DNA from: Synergistaceae bacterium
GTDB taxonomy: Bacteria; Synergistota; Synergistia; Synergistales; 79-D21
DNA: 62,767 bases
Assembly: GCA_029267465.1 (NCBI GenBank)
Contig: JAJUIT010000002.1
Location: 1 to 62,767, forward strand
Reading direction: 5' to 3'
Shown here: in pieces, positions 24,987-33,859 of the stretch
How the letters are laid out: every line of letters starts with the position of its first letter
Numbering within the stretch: position 1 is the first letter of the stretch
Notes under the pieces: generated by a model
Databases searched by the model: none
Told to the model about the DNA's origin: nothing
The model's input: the letters and a program-made list of their open reading frames with translations, nothing else
Translations under genes and position numbers: made by a program

Positions 24987-25900
24987 GCATGCCCGAAACG
25001 TTCCGCCATCCGGCCGTGCCGGATCCCCCAGGCAGACGCGACAAGCCCAGGAAGAGCAAGGGCTCTCAGGACTTCCCCGACAATGACCGCCCCTGGAAGG
25101 GCAAGATCCTCCCGGTCCTTCGGGAGTCCTGGAATTTGCAACCTTTTCTCGCGGGGAAGCCCCTGGAGCTTCAAGATGAGCGAATCGACCGAATCCCGCG
25201 AAAGCCAGGTCCCATGGAGCTTTTCGGGTTCGAAAGAGGGGAGGCCGGACTGGATGGAAGCCAAAACCATGACGGTTCCTCCCATGCCGACAAGGCGAGG
25301 GCAGGAAAGGCCCAAAAAGTGGCGCCGCACAAGCATCGAAACGGTTTCCCGCATGTGGAAGATTTCGTCCGCCCCAGGGGGATCCGCAGGGATGCAGGCC
25401 TCCTTCAGCCGCAAGGCCCCGATGGGAAGCAGGGCACGCGAGCCCGCTTTCCCCTTCTCGCTGGAGATGATTTCGGTGCTTCCTCCTCCCACGTCAAGGG
25501 TGCATATGGGGACTTCCCGGTCGGGAAACAGCAGGACAGCCGAAAGGAAAGCAAGACGCGCCTCGGTTTCGGGCCCGATGACCTCAAGCGGGATTCCCGT
25601 TCGGCAAAACAGCCTCCGGGCAAAATCCCCGGGGTTTGAAACTCTCCTTAAAGCCTCGGTTCCAAGGGCTTCCATTTCAGTCGCGCCGAGGGCGGCGGCT
25701 TCCGCGGAAAACTCGGCCACGGCATCGAGGGTCCTTTCTACAGCCTCGGGCAAAAAGTCCTTCCTTCCAGCCAGCCCCTCCGCCAGGCGAGTCACCCGAG
25801 CCCTTTCCAGGAGCGGGATGAACCCTCCCCCCGGCTTGCCTTCCGCCACGAGCATCTTGACCGAGACGGAACCGATGTCGAAAACGGCGGCTCTTTTCAC
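24947..25900 (-). CDS. Ppx/GppA-family phosphatase (exopolyphosphatase-like)
   Basis: 'AVFDIGSVSVKMLVAEG' and 'LDVGGGSTEI' ASKHA-fold motifs. Confidence 0.8.
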   Translation of the reverse strand: MKRAAVFDIGSVSVKMLVAEGKPGGGFIPLLERARVTRLAEGLAGRKDFLPEAVERTLDAVAEFSAEAAALGATEMEALGTEALRRVSNPGDFARRLFCRTGIPLEVIGPETEARLAFLSAVLLFPDREVPICTLDVGGGSTEIISSEKGKAGSRALLPIGALRLKEACIPADPPGADEIFHMRETVSMLVRRHFLGLSCPRLVGMGGTVMVLASIQSGLPSFEPEKLHGTWLSRDSVDSLILKLQGLPREKRLQIPGLPKDREDLALPGAVIVGEVLRALALPGLVASAWGIRHGRMAERFGHAWKGENPCPPPLD

Positions 25901-25907
25901 GAACCCT

Positions 25908-26438
25908 TTACCCCGGAAAGCCGGGCAGGCAGGCTTTCAGCATTTGTTCTGCAAAACGGCGGACCTTTGGCCTGTACGCCTCCATGGATTCCACCCTGCC
26001 TGGCTTCACGACGATGGGAAGGGAGGCGATGGGTTTTTTCCCGCAGGCGGCTTCCATGGCTTCGAAAGCACCCCGGTCACCCGAGCCTCCCATCGTGCAA
26101 AAAAACCCTACGTTTCGGGCGTTTCGGCAATGACGATCACAGAAGGTCCGGATTGCTGGAGCCGCGGTGAAGGCCCAGACCGGCGTTCCGATCACCACGA
26201 GGTCGAAGTCTTCCGGCTTCGCCCGAGGGGGCTTGATCCGGGCTTCCGCTTTCAGTGCGGCGTCGCGGCCTGCCCCAAGGTAGCCGAGAATCCCCGACCG
26301 TTCCTTGAGGTCGATGATTTCCTCCGTTTCGACCGAGACGGACTCTCCCCCCAGTTCCTTCAGAACCGAAGCCGCCAGGCCGGCAATCGACCGAGTCACG
26401 CCTGTCCGGGAATAGAACACCACGAGAATCTTCACCAA
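25908..26438 (-). CDS. Flavodoxin-family protein
   Basis: 'MVKILVVFYSRTGVTRSIA' FMN-binding N-terminus. Confidence 0.7.
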   Translation of the reverse strand: MVKILVVFYSRTGVTRSIAGLAASVLKELGGESVSVETEEIIDLKERSGILGYLGAGRDAALKAEARIKPPRAKPEDFDLVVIGTPVWAFTAAPAIRTFCDRHCRNARNVGFFCTMGGSGDRGAFEAMEAACGKKPIASLPIVVKPGRVESMEAYRPKVRRFAEQMLKACLPGFPG

Positions 26439-26447
26439 AATCCCCTC

Positions 26448-27716
26448 CTATTTCCCCAGAAGTTCCCTTCCCCTGGAAAGCATTTGTTCGAAAATCCCCT
26501 CCGGCAGGAAGAGCCCCCCGGTCAGCCAGGCCACGTGGTTCGTTTGCGGTGTTCCTCCTGTAACGATCGGCCCCATCAGGGCGCTTGCCGCGGAAGGCTC
26601 CGCCTTCCGCCTTTCTGAATCCCAGAGGATGGCCAGGAGCCGGAAAAGCTCGTCGTCCTCGAGGGTGAAAGCCCCATCCACGAGGTCCTTCACGAGTCCC
26701 CAGACGAGGGCCGATGGCACCCCCACCGCCAGGCCGTCGGCTTCCGTCAGGCCATGGAGCCCCAAGTCCTTCACCGAAACTTCCGGCGTCCCCCGTACCA
26801 GGGCCAGCGTCATGCAGCAGGCCTGGACCGGCTCCACAAACCAGCATTTGACGGCATCCCCGAACACTGACTTCAGGCCGAAGGTGATCCCACCCGGCGC
26901 GCCTCCCACTCCGCAGGGCAGCGTGACGCTCAGGGGGTGCGACTCGTCGACCGTCACGCCGGCCTCCTCCAGCTGCCGCTTCAGGCGGAGAGCGGCGACG
27001 GCATAGCCCATGAAAAGGTCGATGGAACGCTCGTCGTCGACGAAGTGGCAGTCGGGATCCGCTTCACACTTCCGGCGCCCCTCCGCCACCGCTTCACTGT
27101 AATCCGACTCGACCTCCACCACGGTGACGCCCCTGGCCCGAAGAAGGGCCTTCTTCCAGGCCTTGGCGTCCCGCGACATGGTGACGGTCGCCCGAAACCC
27201 CAGCGCTGACGCCATGATCCCGATGCTCATCCCCAGGTTGCCCGTGGAACCGACGGCGATCTCCTTTCGGGAGAAGACCTCCCGCGCCTTCGGCAGGGCG
27301 AGGCAGGAATAGTCGGATCCCTCCTGGACGAGGCCGGCCTCCAGGGCAATCCTCTCGGCGACTTTCAGGACCTCGTGGATGCCCCCCCGGGCCTTGATGG
27401 ATCCCGCAACGGGGAGTTCACTGTCCGCCTTGACCCAGAGACTGCCGGGAATCGGTTTCCCGTAGGCCTTCTCCAGCGCTGCCTTCGCTGCCGGGACAAA
27501 AACCAGGGGGGATTCGATCAGCCCTTCCCCGGTCTCCGGGAAAACGCTCCGGATGAACGGGGCGAAGCGATTGAGCCGGGCTTCTGCCTCCAGGACGTCG
27601 GCCATCCCGATGGGCAGCCGGCCGAGAACCTCCCTTGCAGGGGGTTTGCCGCCGTTTTTCCAGAAAACGGCTTTGCCCTCCGCCATCTCTTCAAGGATCC
27701 CGGAATGTTCAGGCAT
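26448..27716 (-). CDS. dsdA: D-serine ammonia-lyase (D-serine dehydratase)
   Basis: 'KADSELPVAGSIKARGGIHEVL' PLP-Lys motif. 422 aa. Confidence 0.85.
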   Translation of the reverse strand: MPEHSGILEEMAEGKAVFWKNGGKPPAREVLGRLPIGMADVLEAEARLNRFAPFIRSVFPETGEGLIESPLVFVPAAKAALEKAYGKPIPGSLWVKADSELPVAGSIKARGGIHEVLKVAERIALEAGLVQEGSDYSCLALPKAREVFSRKEIAVGSTGNLGMSIGIMASALGFRATVTMSRDAKAWKKALLRARGVTVVEVESDYSEAVAEGRRKCEADPDCHFVDDERSIDLFMGYAVAALRLKRQLEEAGVTVDESHPLSVTLPCGVGGAPGGITFGLKSVFGDAVKCWFVEPVQACCMTLALVRGTPEVSVKDLGLHGLTEADGLAVGVPSALVWGLVKDLVDGAFTLEDDELFRLLAILWDSERRKAEPSAASALMGPIVTGGTPQTNHVAWLTGGLFLPEGIFEQMLSRGRELLGK

Positions 27717-28839
27717 GGTCTTCCCCTCCCTTGTAGACCCGGGCCACCCTCCTGGAAAAAAGGGTCATGGCCTGGGCTGGTATGCTGTCGATCCGGCCCG
27801 CGTACTCCAGGGCCGTGATTTCCTCCCCTCCCTGGCGGCCGATGAGCACGGCCTCGTCCCCTTTGCGGGCCCCTGGGACACCGGCCAGGTCGACCATCAT
27901 CTGGTCCATGCAGATCGAACCCACCACGGGGACACGGACTCCCCGGATGAGAATCTCTGGGTTTCGGGTCCCCCTCAGGAATCCGTCATTGAAGCCGACT
28001 GGGATCACCCCGATCCGGGTCGCCCCTCTCGTCACGTACCGAAGGCCGTATCCAACCGGGTGCCTGGCGGGAAGCTCGCGTACCGCCACGAGCTCGCTCT
28101 TGACCTCGAAAACGGGCGCGAGGCCGATCGGCCGAGCTGCGTAGCCGCTGGGCAGGCCGTACAGGAAGATGCCGCAACGAACCGCGTCAAGGTGAAATTC
28201 GGGGCAATTCAGGATCCCCGCGCTATTGCAGGCGTGGCGGAGGGGAATCCGGATCCCTTCCTCTTCGAGTGCGCGGAGAACATCAAGGAACCTCTCCCCC
28301 TGCCACCGGGCATAATCGAGGTTCGGTTCGTCCGCGGTCGCAAAGTGCGTGTAGATCCCGGAAATTTCCGTCCCCTCCATGGAACGGATCGCCTTGACGG
28401 CAGACAGGATTTCTCCCGGTGCAAAACCGATCCGCCCAAGGCCGGTGTCGACCTTCACGTGCAGGCGGGCGGGCCGGCCTGCCTGCAGCCCGGCCTGGGC
28501 AAGGGTCGTTGCGAGAGCCAGGTCCCCGCAGGTGGCGCAGAGGTTCCACCGGGGGATCTCCGCCGCCTGTCTCTCAGGGATGGAACCCAGGACGAGGATC
28601 TCTCCTCCCACTCCCTGGCTCCGCAGCTCAACGGCTTCAGCGACGGTCGCCACGGCAAAGTGAGAGCAGCCCTCGGAAGCGAGGACCCGGGCAACGGGAC
28701 CCGCCCCCATCCCGTAGGCATCCGCCTTGACCACCGCAATGATCCGGCATTCCGGCTTCAGGAGACGTTTCACTGCGCGGTAGTTCTCCCGGATTGCAGA
28801 GATGTCGATTTCCACTCTTGCAAGCCTGAAATCCTGCAT
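27709..28839 (-). CDS. alr: Alanine racemase
   Basis: 'VEIDISAIRENY' and 'AVVKADAYGMG' PLP-Lys motif. Start trimmed to MQDF (28839); the alternative is 28890. Confidence 0.85.
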   Translation of the reverse strand: MQDFRLARVEIDISAIRENYRAVKRLLKPECRIIAVVKADAYGMGAGPVARVLASEGCSHFAVATVAEAVELRSQGVGGEILVLGSIPERQAAEIPRWNLCATCGDLALATTLAQAGLQAGRPARLHVKVDTGLGRIGFAPGEILSAVKAIRSMEGTEISGIYTHFATADEPNLDYARWQGERFLDVLRALEEEGIRIPLRHACNSAGILNCPEFHLDAVRCGIFLYGLPSGYAARPIGLAPVFEVKSELVAVRELPARHPVGYGLRYVTRGATRIGVIPVGFNDGFLRGTRNPEILIRGVRVPVVGSICMDQMMVDLAGVPGARKGDEAVLIGRQGGEEITALEYAGRIDSIPAQAMTLFSRRVARVYKGGEDHA

Positions 28840-28958
28840 TTCGATTTCCGATCCCTCCCGGCGGGACTCATCTTTCGCCCTTGCTTCCATTCTATGACAA
28901 CGAGGCTGTCGCGGTACAATGGGAAAGAAAGTGGGTCCGGTGAGAGGAGAGGAAGGGG

Positions 28959-29729
28959 ATGTCCCTGGGCTTTTTCCTTTACAAGCTGGCAGGATCGTTG
29001 ATCGTTCCTCCCGGGCTTTTCATCCTGGCCGCCGCCGCGCTCGCCGCGCAGAACCTTCGCCGTCGGGAAGGCCGGGCCGCGGGCTTTTTGGCTTTGTTTT
29101 TGGCTGTCGGGCTTTTCCTTTTCTCGACCCCGGCAGGCGCCCGCTTTCTCGCCGGCGACCTGGAGGAAGTGAAGGCGTCCCTGCCCAAAGCGGGAGAAAA
29201 GGCCGCTCTTCTCGTGCTGGGAGGGGGAGTCCGGTACGGCGGGGCATTATCGGGAGACGAGCCCGGCCCTTTGACCACCCTTCGGATTCTCTCCGCGTTC
29301 GAAATCTCCCGAAAGCACCCCTGGCCCGTCATCGTAACCGGCGGCTCGCCGTGGAGAGCCAGTGAGGCAACGACCTCAGAGATCATGGCGGGAAAGCTCC
29401 AGGACCTCGGCTATTCCGGGGCACTGCTCCTGGTGAGCCGTTCCCGGACGACCCGAGAAGATCTGGCCCAGGCCCGTGAGGTCCTCAGAGCGAAGGGGAT
29501 CCGCCAGGTTGTTCTCGTCACCAACGCGTTTCACATGAAACGGGCGCTCTGGATCGCAAGTAAAGTCATGCCTGAAGTCCTCGTCTACCCCTTTCCCGCC
29601 GGGCACCTGCTTGACCGTGTCCCGCTACAGCCGGCGGATTTCCTGCCCGCCCCCGAGATGGCCGGGTACCTGGCCTTCAGGGAGAAAGTGGCACTGGCTG
29701 CCGAACGTCTGATGGCCCCGTTTCGCTGA
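28959..29729 (+). CDS. YdcF/DUF218-family protein
   Basis: N-terminal TM segment, then 'LLVLGGG' and 'VLVTNAFHMKRA', characteristic of DUF218. Confidence 0.7.
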   Translation: MSLGFFLYKLAGSLIVPPGLFILAAAALAAQNLRRREGRAAGFLALFLAVGLFLFSTPAGARFLAGDLEEVKASLPKAGEKAALLVLGGGVRYGGALSGDEPGPLTTLRILSAFEISRKHPWPVIVTGGSPWRASEATTSEIMAGKLQDLGYSGALLLVSRSRTTREDLAQAREVLRAKGIRQVVLVTNAFHMKRALWIASKVMPEVLVYPFPAGHLLDRVPLQPADFLPAPEMAGYLAFREKVALAAERLMAPFR

Positions 29730-31017
29730 CAGGCCGTTGAGATCCTAGCTGCTCCCGGAGAAACTCGAGGGTTTCGATCCAGGACATCCGGACGGCTTCC
29801 GCGGTCTGGGCGGCGGTCCCCCCGTAGGCGATGGCAAAACGGGCCAGGGGGTGAAACGTGTGCCGAACCGTGGTCGGCAGGCCAGGCAGAAGATCCGAGC
29901 CGATCAGGTGACCCGCCCCGGGGTAGGTTCGATGCCGAAAAGGCCTTGCAAATCCAGCTTTTTTCAGGCGCATCTCGATCTGGCTTCCCATCAGGGCGGA
30001 GGGCATCACGGCGTCTTCTTCGGGAGACAGCAGGAGAACCGCCGCGGAAGTCCGCTCCAGGGGAATCCAGGCCGGGTGATCTTCGGGGATTTCAGAAAGT
30101 GCCGCACGGTACATGGGTTCGAGGTGAAGGGGCCCTTTCGATCGCGGAGCAAGGCGGTCATACCGGGGGGAAACGAAGGGCAGGGGAGTCCCGCCCAGCG
30201 TCCAGGACGCCCTCTTTTCGTACCCCCTGCCCACGCCGGACCAGAGGACACTGCTCGGCATGAAGGCCACCACGGCCTTCACCTCGGGAAAAATGGAAGC
30301 CGCCAGCAGGGCCAGCTCCGCCCCCTTGGAGGTTCCGCTCACCCCGATTCTTTCCGGATCGACCCCCTCTGCCGCCGCAAGCCGCTTCAGGGCCGCCCCG
30401 ACCCTTTCCACCGGGATCTCCACGAGAGCCCTGGAGAGGGGCGGAATGCCGAACGGGGCCAGGGCCAGTGCGGCAATCCCCCGTGAGGCCATAAGGGCGG
30501 AAAACGGTTCGTGCCGAAGCCCCCCTCCGGAATGGACGATATCCACCACGCCCGGGAAAGGACCTGGACCGGGAGGGAGGAACAGGGTTCCGACCAGGTC
30601 GTTCTCCCGGATCTCCACGCGACGGACCCCTCCGGCGACAAGAACCCGCGTCAGCATCGCCCGGGCCAGGAAACTCCCCTGGCCGTACGCCTCCAGGTCC
30701 AAAGTCAACGGGAAGAGGTCATGAAGAGAGAACTTTCCCTGTCCCTTGACCTGAGGCTCGGGGAGCATCGACCAGAAAAGCCCCCGGGAATCCAGTCCCT
30801 CGTAAGTCCCGGAAAGAGAGGGGATTTCCGCCGGATCGACCGTTCCCTGGGCGGAAGCCTCGAACTCGGCTTCGGACACCCAGTCGGTGCCCTTTTCGTC
30901 GTGGAGGCGGCAGACAAGCCTGATCCTGGATCCAGGTTCGACGCCTTCCAACCGGATGCGGACGTCTTCGTCCAGAAGGCTTTCCGCCGGAAAGACCCGA
31001 AGGGCCGGGGACGTCAC
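29677..31017 (-). CDS. Acyl-CoA thioester hydrolase / BAAT-family alpha/beta hydrolase
   Basis: BAAT N-domain-like 'LRVFPAESLLDEDVRIRLEGVEPGSRIRL' and C-terminal hydrolase 'GVSGTSKGAELAL'. GTG start at 31017, 4 nt after the rnhA stop. Confidence 0.7.
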   Translation of the reverse strand: MTSPALRVFPAESLLDEDVRIRLEGVEPGSRIRLVCRLHDEKGTDWVSEAEFEASAQGTVDPAEIPSLSGTYEGLDSRGLFWSMLPEPQVKGQGKFSLHDLFPLTLDLEAYGQGSFLARAMLTRVLVAGGVRRVEIRENDLVGTLFLPPGPGPFPGVVDIVHSGGGLRHEPFSALMASRGIAALALAPFGIPPLSRALVEIPVERVGAALKRLAAAEGVDPERIGVSGTSKGAELALLAASIFPEVKAVVAFMPSSVLWSGVGRGYEKRASWTLGGTPLPFVSPRYDRLAPRSKGPLHLEPMYRAALSEIPEDHPAWIPLERTSAAVLLLSPEEDAVMPSALMGSQIEMRLKKAGFARPFRHRTYPGAGHLIGSDLLPGLPTTVRHTFHPLARFAIAYGGTAAQTAEAVRMSWIETLEFLREQLGSQRPVSETGPSDVRQPVPLSP

Positions 31018-31021
31018 AGCG

Positions 31022-31585
31022 TCACTCCGGCTTCCGGCGGCCCTGGGCCGCTTCCAGGTGGGGGCAGTTGCCTGACTGCCGAAAGCGATCGCACGAGCAG
31101 GAGCGGTGCCGGACATCGACTGCGTAGACCTCCCCGTCCGGGTCCGATGCAATGGCGATCCCGTCGTGCACCCATTTCAGGGGTTCCGGCGAGACCCCGG
31201 GTCCGTCCAGGGCCCTGTTGGACAGCAAGTCAGCCCGGCTGTTCTGCTCTCGGGGGATCCAGGCAAACCGGACCGTTTTCCCCTCACAGAGCGTCCAAAC
31301 CCGGCTAGCGAGCTCGCGGAGCCTGGGTTCGTTGATCTTCCAGAGCCGTGAGACCTGGCTGACCACGAGGCGGCTGTCCCCGTAGACGTCCATTTCCCGG
31401 ATCTGCCTTCGGTCGGCTTCCTCGAGCAGGAGGATGAGGGCCAGGTACTCCGCCTCGTTGTTCGTCCGGACACCCAGCGGAACCGCCGTTTCCCAGACCA
31501 CCTTCCCCAGGTCGTCCACGATCAGGGCTCCGGCCCCGGCTTCGCCTGGGTTGCCCCTCGATGCCCCGTCAAAATATCCCTTCAT
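31022..31585 (-). CDS. rnhA: Ribonuclease HI fused to a C-terminal SWIM-type zinc finger
   Basis: DEDD residues in 'YFDGASRGNPG', 'NNEAEYLAL', 'VYGDSRLVV', 'NSRADLLSN'. The C-terminal 'CSCDRFRQSGNCPH' fits CxCxnCxH. Confidence 0.75.
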   Translation of the reverse strand: MKGYFDGASRGNPGEAGAGALIVDDLGKVVWETAVPLGVRTNNEAEYLALILLLEEADRRQIREMDVYGDSRLVVSQVSRLWKINEPRLRELASRVWTLCEGKTVRFAWIPREQNSRADLLSNRALDGPGVSPEPLKWVHDGIAIASDPDGEVYAVDVRHRSCSCDRFRQSGNCPHLEAAQGRRKPE

Positions 31586-33705
31586 CGAGATCGCCCTCCC
31601 CAGTACGGATCCGTTCCGCTTTCGCGGGCCTCGCAGGCGATCTTCAGGCAGGCTTCGACCGCATCCGGAGCGTACAGGGTCCCGGCGCCCCGGCGGAGTT
31701 CCTCGCAGACCTGTTCCAGCGTGAAGGCTCCCCGGTAGGGCCGGTGCGACTGCATGGCATCGAACACGTCCGCGACCGCCAGGATCCGGGCTTCCGGGAG
31801 GATGGCCTCACCGGGCAGGCCGCAGGGATACCCGCTCCCGTCCAGCCTCTCGTGATGCTGGCGGACGATGTCCGCCAGGGGCCAGGGAAAGCGGATCTTC
31901 TTCAGGATGTCGTAGCCAACCTCCGCGTGCATCTGCACCAGCTTCGATTCCATCGGGCTCAGCCGGCAGGGCTTGTTGAGGATCTCGGCCGGGATCCCCA
32001 GCTTCCCGATGTCGTGGATAAGCCCGGCGAGGGAGAGGACTTCCCGGGTTTCCTCGTCCAGCCCCATTTCCTGGGCGATCATGGCTGCGATCCGGGAAAC
32101 GTTCTTCTGGTGCTCGGCCGTGAAGGGGTCACGGAAATCGACCGTGGAGGCCAGAACGCTGACCGTGTCGATCCAGAGGCGGCGCATCGTTTCGGCGTTC
32201 TCGCGAAGCTTCCGCTCCGCGGCTTTCCGGTCCCGGATATCCTGGTAGATCCCGTAGACGGCACGCCCCTCGCCTTCCACCTGGAAGGACAGCCCCTGGA
32301 GGAACACCTCCACGGGCATGCCGTCCTTCCGGTAACGCACGGTTTCCGTGCTGACACGGCCTCCCCCGTGGACCTCCCGGGTGATGCGGGAGGCTTCTTC
32401 GTGGCGGTCGCGCGGGGCGATCAGGTCGTCCACCGCGACCCCGGGGGAGGCGTCCTCCGGATCCAGGCCAAAGAGTTCAAGGAAGGCGGGGTTCACCCGG
32501 CGGATCCGGCTCATCTCGTCCGCCAGCACCACGGCCTCCGGGGAGTGGTGGAAAAGATTCTCGAAGTAGGCCTTTTCCCTCCGGATTTTCTCCTCGTACC
32601 GGACTCTCTCGGTGATGTCCGTCCCGATGCCGATGATCCGAACGTCACCGTCGAGCTCGATCCGTTCCCCGGAAAGCAGGCAGTGGATTTCCGTCCCGTC
32701 CTTTCTCCGGAACCGGGCTTCGAAGTCCCGCACGGTTCCCTTTTCTCCCAGCAACCGGTGGAAACGGACCCTTTCCTCGAGGTCCATCCAGGCCCCCAGG
32801 TCGGCGAACGTCTTCCCCCGGATTTCTTCCAGGCAATAGCCGGAAAGGGTTTCCGCCTGGGCGTTCATGTCCAGGACTCTCCCCTCCGGGGCTTCCAGGA
32901 TGAACACCGCGTCGGGAATGGCCTGGAAGACCCGGTTCATCCGGTCGGCCGCCTCCCTCTGAAGACGTTCCTTTTCCCGCGCTTCCGTCAGGTCCAGGTA
33001 CACGACAAAATCACGCACGGGGCCGCTCCCGATCCGCGTCTTCAGGTTGTAGACCATCACCGGAAGGAGCGTCCCGTCCTTCCGTCTCCTTTGGGTTTCA
33101 ATCCGGTAAGTCCCGCCGGAATCCGCTTCGCGCGTCAGGCGTTCCGCCTCTTCCCTGAGGGATTCGGGGACGATCAGGTCGTCGAGCGTTCTCCCTGCGG
33201 CCTCTTCGGCCGAATAGCCGAACAGGTTTTCAAATTCCCGGTTGACCTGCCGAACGACGCTTCCCGATTCCACGATGCACACCGCGCAGGGGGCTCCCCC
33301 AAACAGGGCTTCCAGGCAGGCCCGGTCTTCCGAGGGAGTGTCCGCCTCCCGACCCACCCTTTCCAGGTTTTCATAGATCGCGAAGTCGACCGCTGCTCCC
33401 AATCGCGGGGGAGTCCTGACCGCAAGGCAGCGGACGCGGACAGGGTCCCCGCCCTTGCGCCGCCGGAGCGCCCGGAAATCGAAACAATCCCCGCTTTCCG
33501 CCCGGCGGGTGAGTGTCCTGGCTTCGGCGTTTTCAGGCCCGAAGGCGATCAGGTCGTCCAGGTTCGCTCCCTCGGCTTCTTCCGGCGTATAGCCGAAAAG
33601 ATCCGTAAAAGCGGGATTCACCTTCAGGATCGTTCCGCCAGGCCCCAGGACCACTACCGCAAGGGGGGAACAATTGAAGAACTGTTCCCCGAACAAACCG
33701 TCCAT
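31582..33705 (-). CDS. Multi-PAS sensor protein with a C-terminal HD-GYP domain (c-di-GMP phosphodiesterase type)
   Basis: Several PAS repeats ('NPAF..LFGY..EE') and HD-GYP 'HDIGKL...HHERLDGSGYP'. Start trimmed to ATG 33705, with GGAGGGG upstream. Confidence 0.85.
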   Translation of the reverse strand: MDGLFGEQFFNCSPLAVVVLGPGGTILKVNPAFTDLFGYTPEEAEGANLDDLIAFGPENAEARTLTRRAESGDCFDFRALRRRKGGDPVRVRCLAVRTPPRLGAAVDFAIYENLERVGREADTPSEDRACLEALFGGAPCAVCIVESGSVVRQVNREFENLFGYSAEEAAGRTLDDLIVPESLREEAERLTREADSGGTYRIETQRRRKDGTLLPVMVYNLKTRIGSGPVRDFVVYLDLTEAREKERLQREAADRMNRVFQAIPDAVFILEAPEGRVLDMNAQAETLSGYCLEEIRGKTFADLGAWMDLEERVRFHRLLGEKGTVRDFEARFRRKDGTEIHCLLSGERIELDGDVRIIGIGTDITERVRYEEKIRREKAYFENLFHHSPEAVVLADEMSRIRRVNPAFLELFGLDPEDASPGVAVDDLIAPRDRHEEASRITREVHGGGRVSTETVRYRKDGMPVEVFLQGLSFQVEGEGRAVYGIYQDIRDRKAAERKLRENAETMRRLWIDTVSVLASTVDFRDPFTAEHQKNVSRIAAMIAQEMGLDEETREVLSLAGLIHDIGKLGIPAEILNKPCRLSPMESKLVQMHAEVGYDILKKIRFPWPLADIVRQHHERLDGSGYPCGLPGEAILPEARILAVADVFDAMQSHRPYRGAFTLEQVCEELRRGAGTLYAPDAVEACLKIACEARESGTDPYWGGRSR

Positions 33706-33798
33706 CGCTTTTTCCCCTCCGATCTCCTGCTCGGCTGATGCCGTGTTGATTGTAGCACCCTCTTCGAAGCGCAGGAGGCGCACCGGGAACGGGCCGCG

Positions 33799-33834
33799 AA
33801 AAAGGCCCGGCGCTCTTTCGGGCTTCGCCGGGCC
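33799..33834 (-). terminator. Intrinsic terminator after buk (minus strand)
   Basis: On the minus strand: GGCCCGGCG, 13-nt loop, CGCCGGGCC, then TTTTT. Confidence 0.6.
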
Positions 33835-33859
33835 TTTCCGGGTTCCTCCATCGCTGAAG

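Noticed and set aside
24783-26618. 611-aa plus-strand ORF spanning three minus-strand genes
   Set aside because: It overlaps the Na/Pi cotransporter, Ppx/GppA and flavodoxin genes, all with clear family motifs on the other strand. It is a spurious high-GC ORF. The same reasoning applies to 27553-29001 (+) and 36279-37652 (+).
31561-33738. 725-aa ORF on the plus strand
   Set aside because: It is antisense to the PAS/HD-GYP gene. It has no motifs and a G/P/R/D-rich composition.
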